Of a DNA stretch of 64,000 nt, positions 10,358 through 20,708 are shown in pieces. Each line of letters opens with the position of its first letter. Within the stretch, counting starts at the first letter, position 1. Source of the stretch: an uncultured Erythrobacter sp. (GTDB taxonomy: Bacteria; Pseudomonadota; Alphaproteobacteria; Sphingomonadales; Sphingomonadaceae); NCBI RefSeq assembly GCF_958304185.2, contig NZ_CAXXCI010000002.1, forward strand, positions 27,221 through 91,220, given 5' to 3'. The translations under genes and the position numbers were made by a program. Below the pieces are notes generated by a model. It was given only the letters and a program-made list of their open reading frames with translations. It was not told where the DNA came from and ran no database searches.

Positions 10358-11099
10358 TCTGCCGCGTCGTTCACTGCTTGCCGGGATCGCCGCCATGGGC
10401 GCGGCCGCCTGTTCTAAGATCAACGAAAGCGAAACAGCCAAGAGCCTGTTCAAGGCCGCCGAGGACGGGCACCGCGTCACCCACCGCGCGCTCGCTGGCA
10501 AGCAGGGGCTAGCGCCCGAATATTCCCGCGCCGAACGCTCACCCACATTCCGGGGCAATGGCTCGGTCACGGTGGCCGATCCGTTCTATCAGGAGCAACT
10601 GGCCACGGGCTTTCCCGAATGGAAGCTCGAGGTGAAGGGCTTGGTCGAACAGCCGCTTGCCCTCACGCTTGCAGAGGTCAGGGCACTCCCGCAGCGCACC
10701 CAGATCACCCGGCACGACTGCGTCGAAGGCTGGAGCGCGATCGGCGAATGGCAAGGGCCGCAGCTCGCCGCGCTGCTCGATGCGGCAAAGGTCATGGAAG
10801 GGGCGAACTTCATCGTCTTCCGCTGCGCCGATGTGCTCTACGGACGCGACTATTACGAGAGCATCGACATGGTCGATGCCTATCACCCTCAGACGATCAT
10901 CGCCCACACCCTCAACGGCGAGCCGCTGCCGGAGAAGAACGGTGCGCCGCTAAGAATGCGGATCGAGCGGCAACTGGGCTACAAGCAGGCGAAATATGTG
11001 AAGGCGATCGAAGCAGTCGCCAGCTTCGACGATATCGGACAGGGCAAAGGCGGGTTCTGGGAGGATGTTGCCGGCTACCAGTGGTACGCCGGAGTTTAG
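10350..11099 (+). CDS. molybdopterin-dependent oxidoreductase (sulfite-oxidase fold), exported
   Basis: ATG at 10350 overlaps the upstream stop. RRSLLAG signal followed by a lipobox-like AACS. HDCVEGWS and GAPLRMRIERQLGYKQAKYV are typical of the family. Confidence 0.8.
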   Translation: MVDLPRRSLLAGIAAMGAAACSKINESETAKSLFKAAEDGHRVTHRALAGKQGLAPEYSRAERSPTFRGNGSVTVADPFYQEQLATGFPEWKLEVKGLVEQPLALTLAEVRALPQRTQITRHDCVEGWSAIGEWQGPQLAALLDAAKVMEGANFIVFRCADVLYGRDYYESIDMVDAYHPQTIIAHTLNGEPLPEKNGAPLRMRIERQLGYKQAKYVKAIEAVASFDDIGQGKGGFWEDVAGYQWYAGV

Positions 11100-11536
11100 C
11101 CTTCCGGGAATAGCCGCAGCATCGTTTGCCAATCCGCCGCGACGATGTCCTCCAGCACCGCCAGATCGATATCGGCGAGCTTGTTCACATAGAGGCAGCT
11201 CTTGCCGGTGGAGTACTTGCCCAACCGCGCCAGCTTTTCGTCCCGGCCCTGGGCGGTGATGTCGTCGCAATAGCCGCCCATCAGGTAGAGTGAGTGCTTG
11301 GCCTTTCGCGGACTGAAGCCGGTGCGCATCGTATGAACATCGCGCCCGCTTTCGTAGGTGGTGCGATACTCACCATAGCCAATGATGCTCGGCCCCCACA
11401 TTTTTGGCGCTTCGCCCGTCACGCGGCGAAACATTGCGTCGAGCACGCGCGCCTCATCGCGCTTGGTCGGCGGTTCGACCGTGTCGAAAAACCCTTCAAC
11501 TGATGCAGTGGTGATCTGTGTCTTTGCCTCGCTCAT
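11096..11536 (-). CDS. DUF1801 (YdhG-like) domain protein
   Basis: Last 146 codons of ORF 11096..12988, ATG at 11536 (MSEAKTQ). The upstream part of that ORF is antisense to the cfa-like gene and is discounted. Confidence 0.6.
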   Translation of the reverse strand: MSEAKTQITTASVEGFFDTVEPPTKRDEARVLDAMFRRVTGEAPKMWGPSIIGYGEYRTTYESGRDVHTMRTGFSPRKAKHSLYLMGGYCDDITAQGRDEKLARLGKYSTGKSCLYVNKLADIDLAVLEDIVAADWQTMLRLFPEG

Positions 11537-11632
11537 GTTCTCCCCCCTACCCGCCCGCTTTGCTGCAACCGCGATATTGCGAAAGCTGGCAGGTGCGGTA
11601 ACCAAGCATGATTGAACCACGAAAGGAACGCC

Positions 11633-12859
11633 ATGAGCAAGCCACTCCTCGACCGGTTTTTGTCCCGCGCTGTCAAGCAGGGCCGCCTCGGCATTGTGTT
11701 CGCCGATGGCAGCGCCAGCACCTATGGCACGAGCGCGCCCGGCTTTCCCGAGATCGTGTTGCGCTTCACCGATGCCCGCGTGCCGCGCGACATCGTGCTC
11801 GACCCCCGGCTCGGTGCGGCAGAGGCCTTTATCGACGGGCGGCTGCTGATCGAAAAAGGCGACGTGATGGGCCTCGTCAGCCTGCTGCGCGCCAACAATC
11901 CGTGGGACAGGGGCGGCGATCTCGGCAAGCCAAGCCGGCTGAAGCGCTGGATCAACCGCGCAAGTTTTGCCGCCGAACAGATCAACAACCGCGTCGGCTC
12001 CAAACAGAACGTCGCCCACCATTACGACATTGGTAATCCGCTCTACGCCTTGATGCTGGACGCAGAGCATTGGCAGTATTCCTGCGCCTATTGGTCCGAG
12101 GGCGTGACCACGCTGGCCGAAGCACAAGGCGCGAAGCTGGCGCATATCGCGAAGAAGCTGGCGCTGTCGGCCGGGCAGGAGGTGCTCGACATCGGCTGCG
12201 GCTGGGGCGGGATGGCGATCCATCTGGCCAAGCACCACGATGTGCGGGTGACCGGCATCACCCTGTCCGAGGAACAAGCCGCCCTCGCCCGCGAACGGGT
12301 GCGCGCGGCAGGCGTGGCCGACAAGGTGACGATCCTGCTGGAGGACTACCGCGACACCGCCGCCAGCGGGCGCAGGTTCGACCGGATCGTCTCGGTCGGG
12401 ATGTTCGAACACGTCGGCCGCGCGCAGTTCGACACCTTCTTTTCTGACTGCGCGCGAATGCTGGCGGATGACGGGGTGATGCTGCTCCACACCATCGGCC
12501 GGTTTGGCGGGCCGGGCACGACCGATGCCTTCACCCGCAAATACATCTTCCCCGGCGGCTATATCCCCGCTCTGTCCGAGACGCTGGCGGCCAGCGAGAA
12601 AGTCCGCCTGATCGCCGCCGATGTCGAGACGCTGCGGCTGCACTACGCCAAGACAATCCGCGCCTGGTACGCCAACTGCCTCGCCAATCGCGAGGCGATC
12701 ATCGCCCTGCATGACGAGCGGTTCTTCCGGATGTGGACCTTCTACCTCGCCGGGGCGGCCACGGTCTTCGAGAATGGCGGGATGTGCAATTACCAGATCC
12801 AATACGTCCGCAGCCGCCGCGCATTGCCGATCACCAGGGATTATCTGATCGGCAGTTGA
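11633..12859 (+). CDS. cyclopropane-fatty-acyl-phospholipid synthase family methyltransferase
   Basis: First ATG at 11633, with gaaagga upstream; the ORF opens at TTG 11612. HYDIGNPLY, VLDIGCGWGG and GMFEHVG motifs are present. Confidence 0.85.
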   Translation: MSKPLLDRFLSRAVKQGRLGIVFADGSASTYGTSAPGFPEIVLRFTDARVPRDIVLDPRLGAAEAFIDGRLLIEKGDVMGLVSLLRANNPWDRGGDLGKPSRLKRWINRASFAAEQINNRVGSKQNVAHHYDIGNPLYALMLDAEHWQYSCAYWSEGVTTLAEAQGAKLAHIAKKLALSAGQEVLDIGCGWGGMAIHLAKHHDVRVTGITLSEEQAALARERVRAAGVADKVTILLEDYRDTAASGRRFDRIVSVGMFEHVGRAQFDTFFSDCARMLADDGVMLLHTIGRFGGPGTTDAFTRKYIFPGGYIPALSETLAASEKVRLIAADVETLRLHYAKTIRAWYANCLANREAIIALHDERFFRMWTFYLAGAATVFENGGMCNYQIQYVRSRRALPITRDYLIGS

Positions 12860-12974
12860 CCGGCCCCTTCGCATTTTTTTGAGAGGGCCGGTCGAATCCG
12901 CGCCGCCACCTGCGTCTCCCTTCACGAAGCCCGCTGCACTTCTCGCGCCGGGCCACATGGAAGGACGCTGCCCG

Positions 12975-13424
12975 ATGACTGCCACCACCGCTCCCCTCCC
13001 CGTCCCCTACCCGCTGCCTGCGCGCATCTTCGCTGTCGCAGGATTGCTTTGGAGCCTGTTCGGCGCCTTCCAGTTCGCCGTGCAGACATTCAATGATGAG
13101 GCCGGCCTCGTCGCAAACGGCATGACGCCGGAGCAGGCGGCACTTTACGTCGGGCTGCCGGTATGGATGGCGGTGGTCTTCGCTATTGGCACGCTAGGCG
13201 GCACGCTGGGCTGCGCTCTACTGATCGCCCGCCGCAGGGCGAGCGTGACTGTGCTCGCAGTCTCGCTGGTCGCCTATGTCCTGCTGTGGACGGGCGATGC
13301 GCTGCTGGGCGTGTTCGCCGTGTTCGGCACCCCTCAGGTAGTAGTGCTATCCAGTGTTGTGCTGATCGCGGCGGGCTTGCTGTGGCTCGCCCGCCTGCTC
13401 GATCAGCGCGGCGTGCTGGGCTAG
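12975..13424 (+). CDS. hypothetical membrane protein
   Basis: ATG at 12975. About four hydrophobic helices. No family recognised. Confidence 0.45.
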   Translation: MTATTAPLPVPYPLPARIFAVAGLLWSLFGAFQFAVQTFNDEAGLVANGMTPEQAALYVGLPVWMAVVFAIGTLGGTLGCALLIARRRASVTVLAVSLVAYVLLWTGDALLGVFAVFGTPQVVVLSSVVLIAAGLLWLARLLDQRGVLG

Positions 13425-14785
13425 GCTGGCTCCCCGCTCGATCCCGGACGGTTGCGCGGCCGGTAAACCGGGCCGAAGCCCATCAACGCCGCGCCCACCA
13501 GTGGCAGCGCGATCACCCACCAGCGGACGCCGGATACGCCCTCGGGGCTGGCAATCGTCAGCCCCGCCGTCGCTCCGAGACCCGCGCAGATCGCGACCAC
13601 GCCCAGCACCGCGCGCAGGCGCGGCACGGTGCGACCGCCGCGGATCGGGCCGAAGCTGCGCTCATGCCGCGCGAACACAGCAATCATGGGCAGCAGCGCG
13701 AGGATGTAGAGCCCGATCCACAGCGGACGGCTCGCCCACCATGCGCCCGTGCCCGGAACAGGATCCAGACCCACCCCGCCCAACGCCAGCCAAGCGACGG
13801 TCATCACCAGCACAAAGGCGGTGAGGTGCCACAGGAACACGGTCATGATCATCCCGTTCATCAGCACCGTCGCCGTCCAGACGCCGACGTGATTGAGCAT
13901 CCGCCGCCCCGCCGGCTCCAACGCCAGCACGAGCCCGATCTGCACCGATCCCAACGCAAACAGCGCCAGTGTCGGCGGGAGCGAGTTGGAGAAACCGCCC
14001 GGCGCGGACACCATCGAGACGGGGTAAAAACCATAGACCGTGATCGATACGAGGATCGCGAGCGACACCGCGAACCACACCCACGCAAACCAGGTCGCGG
14101 CAAACTTACCCGCGCGCCAGGCAAAGCCTAGCTGGTGAATGCCGAGGAACACCCAGAGGAAATTGGTGAAGTTGACCCACGGCACCTTGGCGGTGAAGGT
14201 CAGCCAATCGGTCAGAATCGCGGCGGGGATGAAGACGGCAAAGCTCAGCCACCCGAACCTCTGCCACGCGCGGTAGGCAATCGGGGTGAAGGCGGTCACC
14301 AGCAGATAGACCGCGAGGAACCACACGGGGATCAGCGCCGCCTCGGTCGCCATGCGGATTTGTTCACGCGGCAGGCCGACCTGCGTCATCACCACCGCAA
14401 GCGCGGCCCACAGCAGCAGCACCGGGAACGTCGGCGTGATCAGGCGCTGCACCCGGCTCGCCAGCCAGTCGCGATAGACGCCGTCCTGTGTCAAAGGCGC
14501 TTTGGCGGTGGTCGCCGCCCAGCTCACCGAATTGGAATAGCCGCCGACAAGGAAAAACACCGGCATGACCTGAAAGCCCCAGGTCAGCCAGTGGGTCCAT
14601 TCGGCCACCGACAAAAGGTCACCGCGCCGCAATTCGCCAGAGGCGTCGACATAGAGCCCCGCCATCAGCCAGTGGCCGATCACCACCGCCATGATCGACA
14701 CGGCGCGCAGAAAATCGACCCAGCGATTGCGCTCGGGCGGGGTCATTTCCGCCAGCTCGCGCGCCTTGCTCCACATTGTCAGCAT
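13421..14785 (-). CDS. acyltransferase family 3 membrane protein
   Basis: 454 aa, polytopic. The N-terminal WVDFLRAVSIMAVVIGHW is typical of acyltransferase_3. Confidence 0.75.
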   Translation of the reverse strand: MLTMWSKARELAEMTPPERNRWVDFLRAVSIMAVVIGHWLMAGLYVDASGELRRGDLLSVAEWTHWLTWGFQVMPVFFLVGGYSNSVSWAATTAKAPLTQDGVYRDWLASRVQRLITPTFPVLLLWAALAVVMTQVGLPREQIRMATEAALIPVWFLAVYLLVTAFTPIAYRAWQRFGWLSFAVFIPAAILTDWLTFTAKVPWVNFTNFLWVFLGIHQLGFAWRAGKFAATWFAWVWFAVSLAILVSITVYGFYPVSMVSAPGGFSNSLPPTLALFALGSVQIGLVLALEPAGRRMLNHVGVWTATVLMNGMIMTVFLWHLTAFVLVMTVAWLALGGVGLDPVPGTGAWWASRPLWIGLYILALLPMIAVFARHERSFGPIRGGRTVPRLRAVLGVVAICAGLGATAGLTIASPEGVSGVRWWVIALPLVGAALMGFGPVYRPRNRPGSSGEPA

Positions 14786-14966
14786 GCAATCCCCTGTCTG
14801 ACCGCGTGCATCACGCCATCACACAGCGATTTAGCAGCAAATTCTGAAAGGACGATTGCTGATTGGCGTGCGATCCCCAGCGAACACGTCGCAAGACAAT
14901 GGCCGATTGCCCCCGCCCCCGCGCGCTGATAGGGGCGCGCCCACGTCATTTCCAAGGAAACCACCC

Positions 14967-16187
14967 ATGGCCCAGCCCCAGAAAGTCGTCCTCGCCTATT
15001 CAGGCGGTCTCGATACCAGCGTCATCGCCAAGTGGCTGAGCGTGGAGCGCGGGCTGGAGGTCGTGACCTTCACCGCCGATCTCGGCCAAGGCGAGGAAAT
15101 CGAGCCTGCGCGTGCCAAGGCCAAGGCGATGGGCATCCCTGACAATCACATCTTCATCGAAGACCTGCGCGAAGAATTTGTCCGCGATTTCGTCTTCCCA
15201 ATGATGCGCGCCAATGCCCGTTATGAAGGCGACTATCTGCTCGGCACCTCGATCGCGCGGCCCTTGATCTCCAAGCGGCTGGTCGAGATCGCGCACCAGA
15301 CTGGCGCCGATTTCATCGCCCACGGCGCGACTGGCAAGGGCAATGATCAGGTGCGGTTCGAGCTTTCGGCCTATGCGCTCGATCCCGACATCAAGGTGAT
15401 CGCCCCGTGGCGCGAATGGGATCTGACCAGCCGCACCGCGCTGATCGCATGGGCCGAGCAGCACCAGATTCAGGTGCCCAAGGACAAGCGCGGCGACAGC
15501 CCGTTCTCGACCGATGCGAACCTGCTGCACACCTCGTCCGAGGGCAAGGTGCTGGAAGACCCGTGGGAGGAAACCCCCGATTACGTCTATTCGCGCACGG
15601 TCAATCCCGAGGACGCGCCCGATACGCCCGAATACATCACGGTCGATTTCGAACGCGGTGACGGCGTGGCGCTCAATGGCGAGGCGATGTCGCCCGCCAC
15701 GCTGCTGACGGCGCTCAACGAGCTGGGCCGCAAGCACGGCATCGGCCGGCTCGATCTGGTCGAGAACCGCTTCGTCGGGATGAAGTCGCGCGGGATGTAC
15801 GAGACTCCCGGCGGCGAAATCTACGCCCGCGCGCATCGCGGGATCGAGCAGATCACGCTGGATCGCGGCGCAGCGCATCTCAAGGACGAGCTGATGCCGA
15901 AGTATGCAGAGCTGATCTACAACGGCTTCTGGTTCTCGCCCGAGCGCGAGATGCTGCAAGCCGCGATCGACCACAGCCAAGACAAGGTCACCGGCACGGT
16001 GCGGCTGAAGCTGTACAAGGGGATGGCGAGCGTGGTGGGTCGTAAGTCGCCCTATTCGCTCTATTCCGAAGCGCACGTGACGTTTGAGGACGACGCCGGG
16101 GCTTACGATCAGAAGGACGCCGAGGGCTTCATCAAGCTCAATGGCCTGCGCCTGCGCCTGCTCTCGCGCCGCAACCGCGACGCCTGA
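14967..16187 (+). CDS. argG: argininosuccinate synthase
   Basis: ATG at 14967 ([19 protein letters not shown]). [13 protein letters not shown] and [18 protein letters not shown] motifs are present. Confidence 0.95.
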   Translation: MAQPQKVVLAYSGGLDTSVIAKWLSVERGLEVVTFTADLGQGEEIEPARAKAKAMGIPDNHIFIEDLREEFVRDFVFPMMRANARYEGDYLLGTSIARPLISKRLVEIAHQTGADFIAHGATGKGNDQVRFELSAYALDPDIKVIAPWREWDLTSRTALIAWAEQHQIQVPKDKRGDSPFSTDANLLHTSSEGKVLEDPWEETPDYVYSRTVNPEDAPDTPEYITVDFERGDGVALNGEAMSPATLLTALNELGRKHGIGRLDLVENRFVGMKSRGMYETPGGEIYARAHRGIEQITLDRGAAHLKDELMPKYAELIYNGFWFSPEREMLQAAIDHSQDKVTGTVRLKLYKGMASVVGRKSPYSLYSEAHVTFEDDAGAYDQKDAEGFIKLNGLRLRLLSRRNRDA

Positions 16188-17154
16188 TCGGCATTCAGAA
16201 CGGGGAAAACCGAGTCGGACCGCTGGGTGCAGCGGCCTGCGCCCCCTATTCTGACGCTTGGCGGCGGTGTCGTGTCCGCGCTTTGCTCCGCTTCGTGACC
16301 ATTGCGACGAAGCGTTGACTTATCCACTCGTGTCCACAGGACAAATCGCGCGGAGTGGAAAAGTCGCCGGTTGGAATGTTGTCAGATCGCCGATTCAGGC
16401 GCACCTTCAACTTGTCTTCGGGACACGAAGCAACCGGAACGGAAAGCCGCAAGGCCTTGAAGTTACCGGGGTTTTGATCCCAAGGATGGCGGTGACATCT
16501 GTCCACGCGCTCAGCTGGAGACGGCATGCAGGAGGCTTCGGCCAAAGGCAAGTCAGCTCATTAACGGGTGAGAGCGACGCGATGACACCGGACAGGCCAA
16601 GAACCTGGCCGGACAGAAGAGCAGCGGAACCGGCGAAAGCCCCCAAGCCGCCGCACTTCAGATCGGTAAAGGAACGCGGCCTCGGCTGAGCGAATGCGCA
16701 AGGCGGCGAATATCGACAGGCTTCGGTCGGACGATGGACGCAGCTGGCAGGAGCAAAGCCGGATGCCGGCGCGAGCGCCGGTGACGAAGCTCTGGCAAGG
16801 CCAGTCGCAAGACCGGGCAGCGAGAGGTTAGACATCGGGCGCCAAGTATGGCCCGGAGCGAAAAGATGCCGAAGGTCCGCCGGACGCATCATGAGCGAAG
16901 GTCATCCACACGCCGGTGAGAGTGGGGTCGGCAGCAATGCCGGCCCCATTTGCATTGTGCGGGCCGGTTCGCTCCCTTTCCGTCTTTACCCGAGTCGCTC
17001 TGCCCCAAAAGCGTACGCCGATCGCCGCTGGCCGACCTCGGTTCCAACGGTTCATCGCATTTCCGGGGCAACTCGCTCCCCACCGGAACCCTCCCAGCGA
17101 CGAAATGCTAACCTGGTTTGCTTTTGGGAAGGCCCCCGCCTTAACGGCCCCGCT
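16188..17154. other. ORF-poor, stem-loop-rich intergenic region (possible structured RNA or long leader)
   Basis: No ORF translation here looks protein-like. Several short stems are capped by UUCG, GNRA or similar loops: 16290-16313, 16534-16543, 16632-16641 and 16766-16781. Confidence 0.3.
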
Positions 17155-17709
17155 ATGCGGACGGGAAATCGCAAACATGGCCTCGATGCCCGCAGCGCCG
17201 CTACGCGGAGCCTGCAAGCCCTTGCAGTAGCCGGCTTGCTCGGGCTGGCGCCGCTTGCTGCGTCTTCGGCCGCCACGCCGGATGCTGGCACCTCAGGGAT
17301 TGAGCCTGCCACCAGCGCGGCCATCATTGAACTCGTGCCGCTCCAGCCCACCGCTGACGTAACCGCACCCGCATCCTTCATCGAAGAGCCCGCCGCCTCG
17401 GCCCCGCAGGAAACAGTCCTCGGCCGCGGCAGTGCGTCTTACTACGCGTCCAAGTTCAACGGCCGCCGTACCGCCAGTGGCGAGCGCTTCGACAATTCCG
17501 ACCTGACGGCCGCCCACCGCAGCCTGCCCTTCGGCAGCCGCGTGCGCGTCACCAATCCGGCGAATGGCCGCAGCGTCGTCGTCCGCGTGAATGACCGCGG
17601 CCCCTTCACGCGCGGGCGCCTGATCGATGTCAGCCGCGCCGCCGCCGAGGAACTCGGCATGGTCGCGCGCGGTCACGCCGATGTGGAGCTCGCGCTGATC
17701 GCCGACTGA
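17155..17709 (+). CDS. rlpA: septal ring lytic transglycosylase RlpA family protein
   Basis: ATG at 17155, with a signal-like LQALAVAGLLGLAPLAA. DPBB domain: GSASYYASKFNGRRTASGERF..LPFGSRVRVTN..VVVRVNDRGPF. Confidence 0.8.
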   Translation: MRTGNRKHGLDARSAATRSLQALAVAGLLGLAPLAASSAATPDAGTSGIEPATSAAIIELVPLQPTADVTAPASFIEEPAASAPQETVLGRGSASYYASKFNGRRTASGERFDNSDLTAAHRSLPFGSRVRVTNPANGRSVVVRVNDRGPFTRGRLIDVSRAAAEELGMVARGHADVELALIAD

Positions 17710-17714
17710 TCAGC

Positions 17715-18107
17715 CTAGGGATTGTCCGCGTAGCTCATCCCGAGGCTCGACGTATCGCCGGTAACCTTGAGCTTCAACGTGGCGGTCTTCTCATCCGACG
17801 TATTGCGCAGCAACGCCATCTCGCCCGGCGCAATCCGCGCATCGACCGCTCCGCCCGGCGCGACTGTCCCGCGCTCCACGGCTGCGGCGCCGTCGGCCTT
17901 GCTCAGCACCACCACAGCAACCGGCCCGGTGTTTGTGCCGGTCACGACAAAGCCGCCCTCCTGCCCGCCGCCCAGCTCGAAGGTCTGGCCCGGATCGATC
18001 TGAAGGTTGGAGTTGATCGTCCCCGCCTGCACCGCTGCGCCCAGCGCAGCTAGAGACAGAGCGGCGGCCAAGACCGAGGCGGGACGGACAATCTTGAACG
18101 GCATCAT
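17715..18107 (-). CDS. hypothetical secreted protein
   Basis: AAGGAG Shine-Dalgarno upstream of ATG 18107. Signal peptide, then a beta-rich 130-aa product. Confidence 0.5.
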   Translation of the reverse strand: MMPFKIVRPASVLAAALSLAALGAAVQAGTINSNLQIDPGQTFELGGGQEGGFVVTGTNTGPVAVVVLSKADGAAAVERGTVAPGGAVDARIAPGEMALLRNTSDEKTATLKLKVTGDTSSLGMSYADNP

Positions 18108-18167
18108 GCGGCACTCCTTTGCGCTGGTCCTTATCCACCCCCAGTAACGCGCCCTCCCCCACGCTGG

Positions 18168-19655
18168 ATGCAGGCAACCGACGATTGCGACCCTTCGCCT
18201 CTTGCGGTCAGTTATTTGCTCGCTAAAGACTTTGCTTGTTTTTCAAGGGGGAACACCGCCATCACGCTCACGCTGATCGTGCTCTATGTCGTGGCCCAGA
18301 TCGCGCTTGCGGTGTGGGCCGGGCGCGGGGCGAAGTCCGATGCCGACTACCTCGTGGCCGGCCGCAGCCTCGGCCCCTTCGCGGTCGGCATGAGCCTGTT
18401 CGCCACCTGGTTCGCCTCCGAAAGCCTGATCGCCACCTCGGGCGAGGTCGCGCGGGACGGGATCGCGGGCGCCCGGGCCGAGCCGTTCGCCTATGCCATC
18501 GGCATCCTCGCGATCGCGCTGTTCTTCGCCTACCGGCTGCGCGCGGGCGGCTTCATCACCATCGCCGACTTCCTCAAGACCCGCTTTGGCCCCGCGACCG
18601 AGAGCTTGGCCGCGGTTGTCATCGCGCTCTCCGCCACCACGTGGTCAGCGGCGCAGCTGTTCGCCTTCGCCACCATCATCGCGAGCGCATCGGGGCTCGA
18701 CTTCACCACCGGCCTGATCGGCGCGACGCTGCTGGTGATGACCTACACCCTGTTCGGCGGGCTTGCCGGGGACGTCGTCACCGACATCGTGCAGGGCATC
18801 GTCATCGTCATGGCGATCCTCATCCTCTTCGCGCTGATGGCGAGCGCGTTCGGAGGCCCCGCCGCCATGTGGGCCGCCGCGCCGCCCACCATCTGGAGCT
18901 TCACCGCGCCGGGCGAGAGCTGGATCGACCGGGTCGAGCTCTGGCTCATCCCGATCGCCGGCACCATGGTCAGCCAGGAGGCGCTGTCCCGCACGCTCGC
19001 CGCCAAGTCGCCCGAGGTCGCGCGGCGCGGCGCGCTGTGGGGGGCCGCGATCTACCTCACCGTCGGCCTGATCCCGGTCAGCTTCGGCCTGTTCGGCCCG
19101 CAGCTCGCCCCCGTTCTCGGCGTCACCTTCGGCGCGGACGAGGCGTACCTCCCCAGCCTTGCCACCGCGCTGTTCCCGCCGTGGCTGCTCATCGTCTTCA
19201 CCGGAGCGCTGGTGTCCGCGATCCTCTCCTCGGTCGACTCCGCCCTGCTCGCGGTCTCGGCCGTGGTGACCGAGAGCGGGTATCGCCGCCTCCGCCCGGA
19301 CGCCTCCCCGCTCGCCATGCTGCGCGCCGCACGGTTGGCGACGGTGGCTGCGGCGGCGGTCGCGGCGCTCCTTGCGATGCAGGGGGAGAGCCTGCGCAAC
19401 CTCGTGCTCGATGCCGGAGCCATCGCCGCCGTGCTGGCCGTGCCGATCATCGCCGGGCTCGCGGGCTCCACCGCCCGCCACGCAGCGCTAGCGGCGATCG
19501 TGGTGCAGATGGCGGTGCTGGGCGTGCTCGACTGGGGCCTGGGCGTGCCCGGCGCCTTCCTGTGGATGCTCGCGAGCGGGACTGCGACCTTCGCCGCCGT
19601 CGCCGCCCTGTCAGCCCGCCGCAGCGCCGCGCCGCGCGCTGTTGGAGACACATGA
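18168..19655 (+). CDS. sodium:solute symporter family transporter
   Basis: 495 aa with about 13 TM segments. The N-terminal ADYLVAGRSLGPF..ATWFASESL is typical of the SSS family. The start codon is uncertain. Confidence 0.75.
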   Translation: MQATDDCDPSPLAVSYLLAKDFACFSRGNTAITLTLIVLYVVAQIALAVWAGRGAKSDADYLVAGRSLGPFAVGMSLFATWFASESLIATSGEVARDGIAGARAEPFAYAIGILAIALFFAYRLRAGGFITIADFLKTRFGPATESLAAVVIALSATTWSAAQLFAFATIIASASGLDFTTGLIGATLLVMTYTLFGGLAGDVVTDIVQGIVIVMAILILFALMASAFGGPAAMWAAAPPTIWSFTAPGESWIDRVELWLIPIAGTMVSQEALSRTLAAKSPEVARRGALWGAAIYLTVGLIPVSFGLFGPQLAPVLGVTFGADEAYLPSLATALFPPWLLIVFTGALVSAILSSVDSALLAVSAVVTESGYRRLRPDASPLAMLRAARLATVAAAAVAALLAMQGESLRNLVLDAGAIAAVLAVPIIAGLAGSTARHAALAAIVVQMAVLGVLDWGLGVPGAFLWMLASGTATFAAVAALSARRSAAPRAVGDT

Positions 19656-19699
19656 GACACTGTCCAGGAACCAAAAACCGGCCCCCCGCACGGCCCCGC

Positions 19700-20296
19700 T
19701 TAGGGAGTGTTCCCGCGCAGCCTTGCGATAAAGGCGTCCATATCCTCCTCCGCGCCGTCATCCCCCTCCGCAGCCTCGCCCTCACCCTCGACCGCCCAAT
19801 CGTCCTCGTCGTATTCCTCGTAGTCCTCGTCATCCCACGCCATCACCACCGGCGGATCGAGCAGCAGCGCCACCCGCTCCTCAAACTCCGCCGCGACCTT
19901 GTGGACCTGATGCGAGGCTTCGATCCGATCGAGCCGCGCGAGGTGCGCCAGCAGCAACCGTCCATCATAACGGGTGCGGGTCGCCACCTCCTCACCGTGA
20001 TAGAACACGGTCTCCTGCACCCCGTTGAGCGCCCGGTCGGCCAGCACCTCCTCGACCTGCGGCCGCGCCAGCACCAGCGCCGCATCCCACAATTGCCGGA
20101 ACTCGGTCGAGGCGCGCCGCATCCGGTACAGATGCGCGCGGCTCACCCCCGCCTGCTGCGCCGCCGCCCGCACATTGCCCCACTGCGCCAGCGTCTGCAC
20201 AAAGGCCGCCTGCACCTCGCGCGACAGATCGGGGGCGAGGCCCGCCGGATCGACAATCTGCGTTGACGGCGCGGACGGGGGAGAATGATCGGACAT
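19700..20296 (-). CDS. phage-like HTH protein (terminase-small-subunit-like N-terminus) with a highly acidic C-terminal tail
   Basis: ATG at 20296. The HTH segment TLAQWGNVRAAAQQAGVSRAHLYRMRR resembles phage small terminase or regulator HTHs. The tail is WDDEDYEEYDEDDWAVEGEGEAAEGDDGAEED. Confidence 0.55.
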   Translation of the reverse strand: MSDHSPPSAPSTQIVDPAGLAPDLSREVQAAFVQTLAQWGNVRAAAQQAGVSRAHLYRMRRASTEFRQLWDAALVLARPQVEEVLADRALNGVQETVFYHGEEVATRTRYDGRLLLAHLARLDRIEASHQVHKVAAEFEERVALLLDPPVVMAWDDEDYEEYDEDDWAVEGEGEAAEGDDGAEEDMDAFIARLRGNTP

Positions 20297-20449
20297 ACAG
20301 CAGCTCCTCGACAAAACCACGCCGCAGCGGGCGCAAAGCGCGGGAGCGTATCAGCGGCAAGTCGCTGTAGGAAAATGGAAAATCTGCGCGTTTTTGTGTT
20401 CCGCATCGCCTCCGCGATGCGAAATCCTCGCTCACACGGTGTCTTTGTT

Positions 20450-20473
20450 GGCCTATCGCTTCGCTACTTGAGG
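20450..20473. repeat. distal copy of the 25-bp repeat core
   Basis: ggcctatcgcttcgctacttgagg, preceded by gtctttgtt. Both match the core and spacer of the 20709-20838 array. Confidence 0.8.
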
Positions 20474-20474
20474 C

Positions 20475-20700
20475 CTGAAGGTCGGGTGTCCCGCCTGCGG
20501 CGGTTCAGCTACGCTTCCGCTGCGGGCGGCCGGTCGGCCTTGCCGGCCTGCGGCCCGATTATCCTCCCCGGCACGGGGAGGGGGACCACCGCAGGTGGTG
20601 GAGGGGCAGGCGCGGCTGCTCCGGTTTCCCCCCTCCCCCCGCGGGAGGGGAGCGAGACTTGGGTCTGCGCAGCAGGCCCTAGTCGCAGCAGGGAGGGGGG
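20475..20700. repeat. GC-rich REP-like hairpin cluster
   Basis: Hairpins include ctccccg-gca-cggggag (20564-20580), ccacc-gca-ggtgg (20586-98) and the G/C tract cccccctccccccgcgggagggg. Confidence 0.6.
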
Positions 20701-20708
20701 ATTTTTGC

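Noticed and set aside
11537-12988. N-terminal 480 codons of ORF 11096..12988
   Set aside because: It is antisense to the well-supported cfa-family gene and its sequence is not protein-like. Only the last 146 codons (DUF1801) are credible.
16188-17154. RNase P RNA, tmRNA (two-piece alpha type), SRP RNA or cobalamin riboswitch
   Set aside because: By eye I found none of the defining motifs on either strand. Absent are GGAAAGUCCGG and ACAGAA.CCGGCUUA (RNase P), a GGUUCGA T-loop with a CCA-proximal acceptor or an ANDN-type tag ORF (tmRNA), GGAAGGAAGCAGCC (SRP), and a B12 box. Only vague resemblances were seen, so the region is left unassigned.
16891-17154. Upstream extension of the rlpA ORF (start at 16891)
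   Set aside because: The extension has no signal peptide or protein-like composition. The ATG at 17155 gives a normal signal sequence directly before the DPBB domain.
18236-20266. 676-aa plus-strand ORF
   Set aside because: It is an out-of-frame shadow of the symporter and antisense to the HTH gene. The translation is extremely Arg/Pro/Gly-rich.
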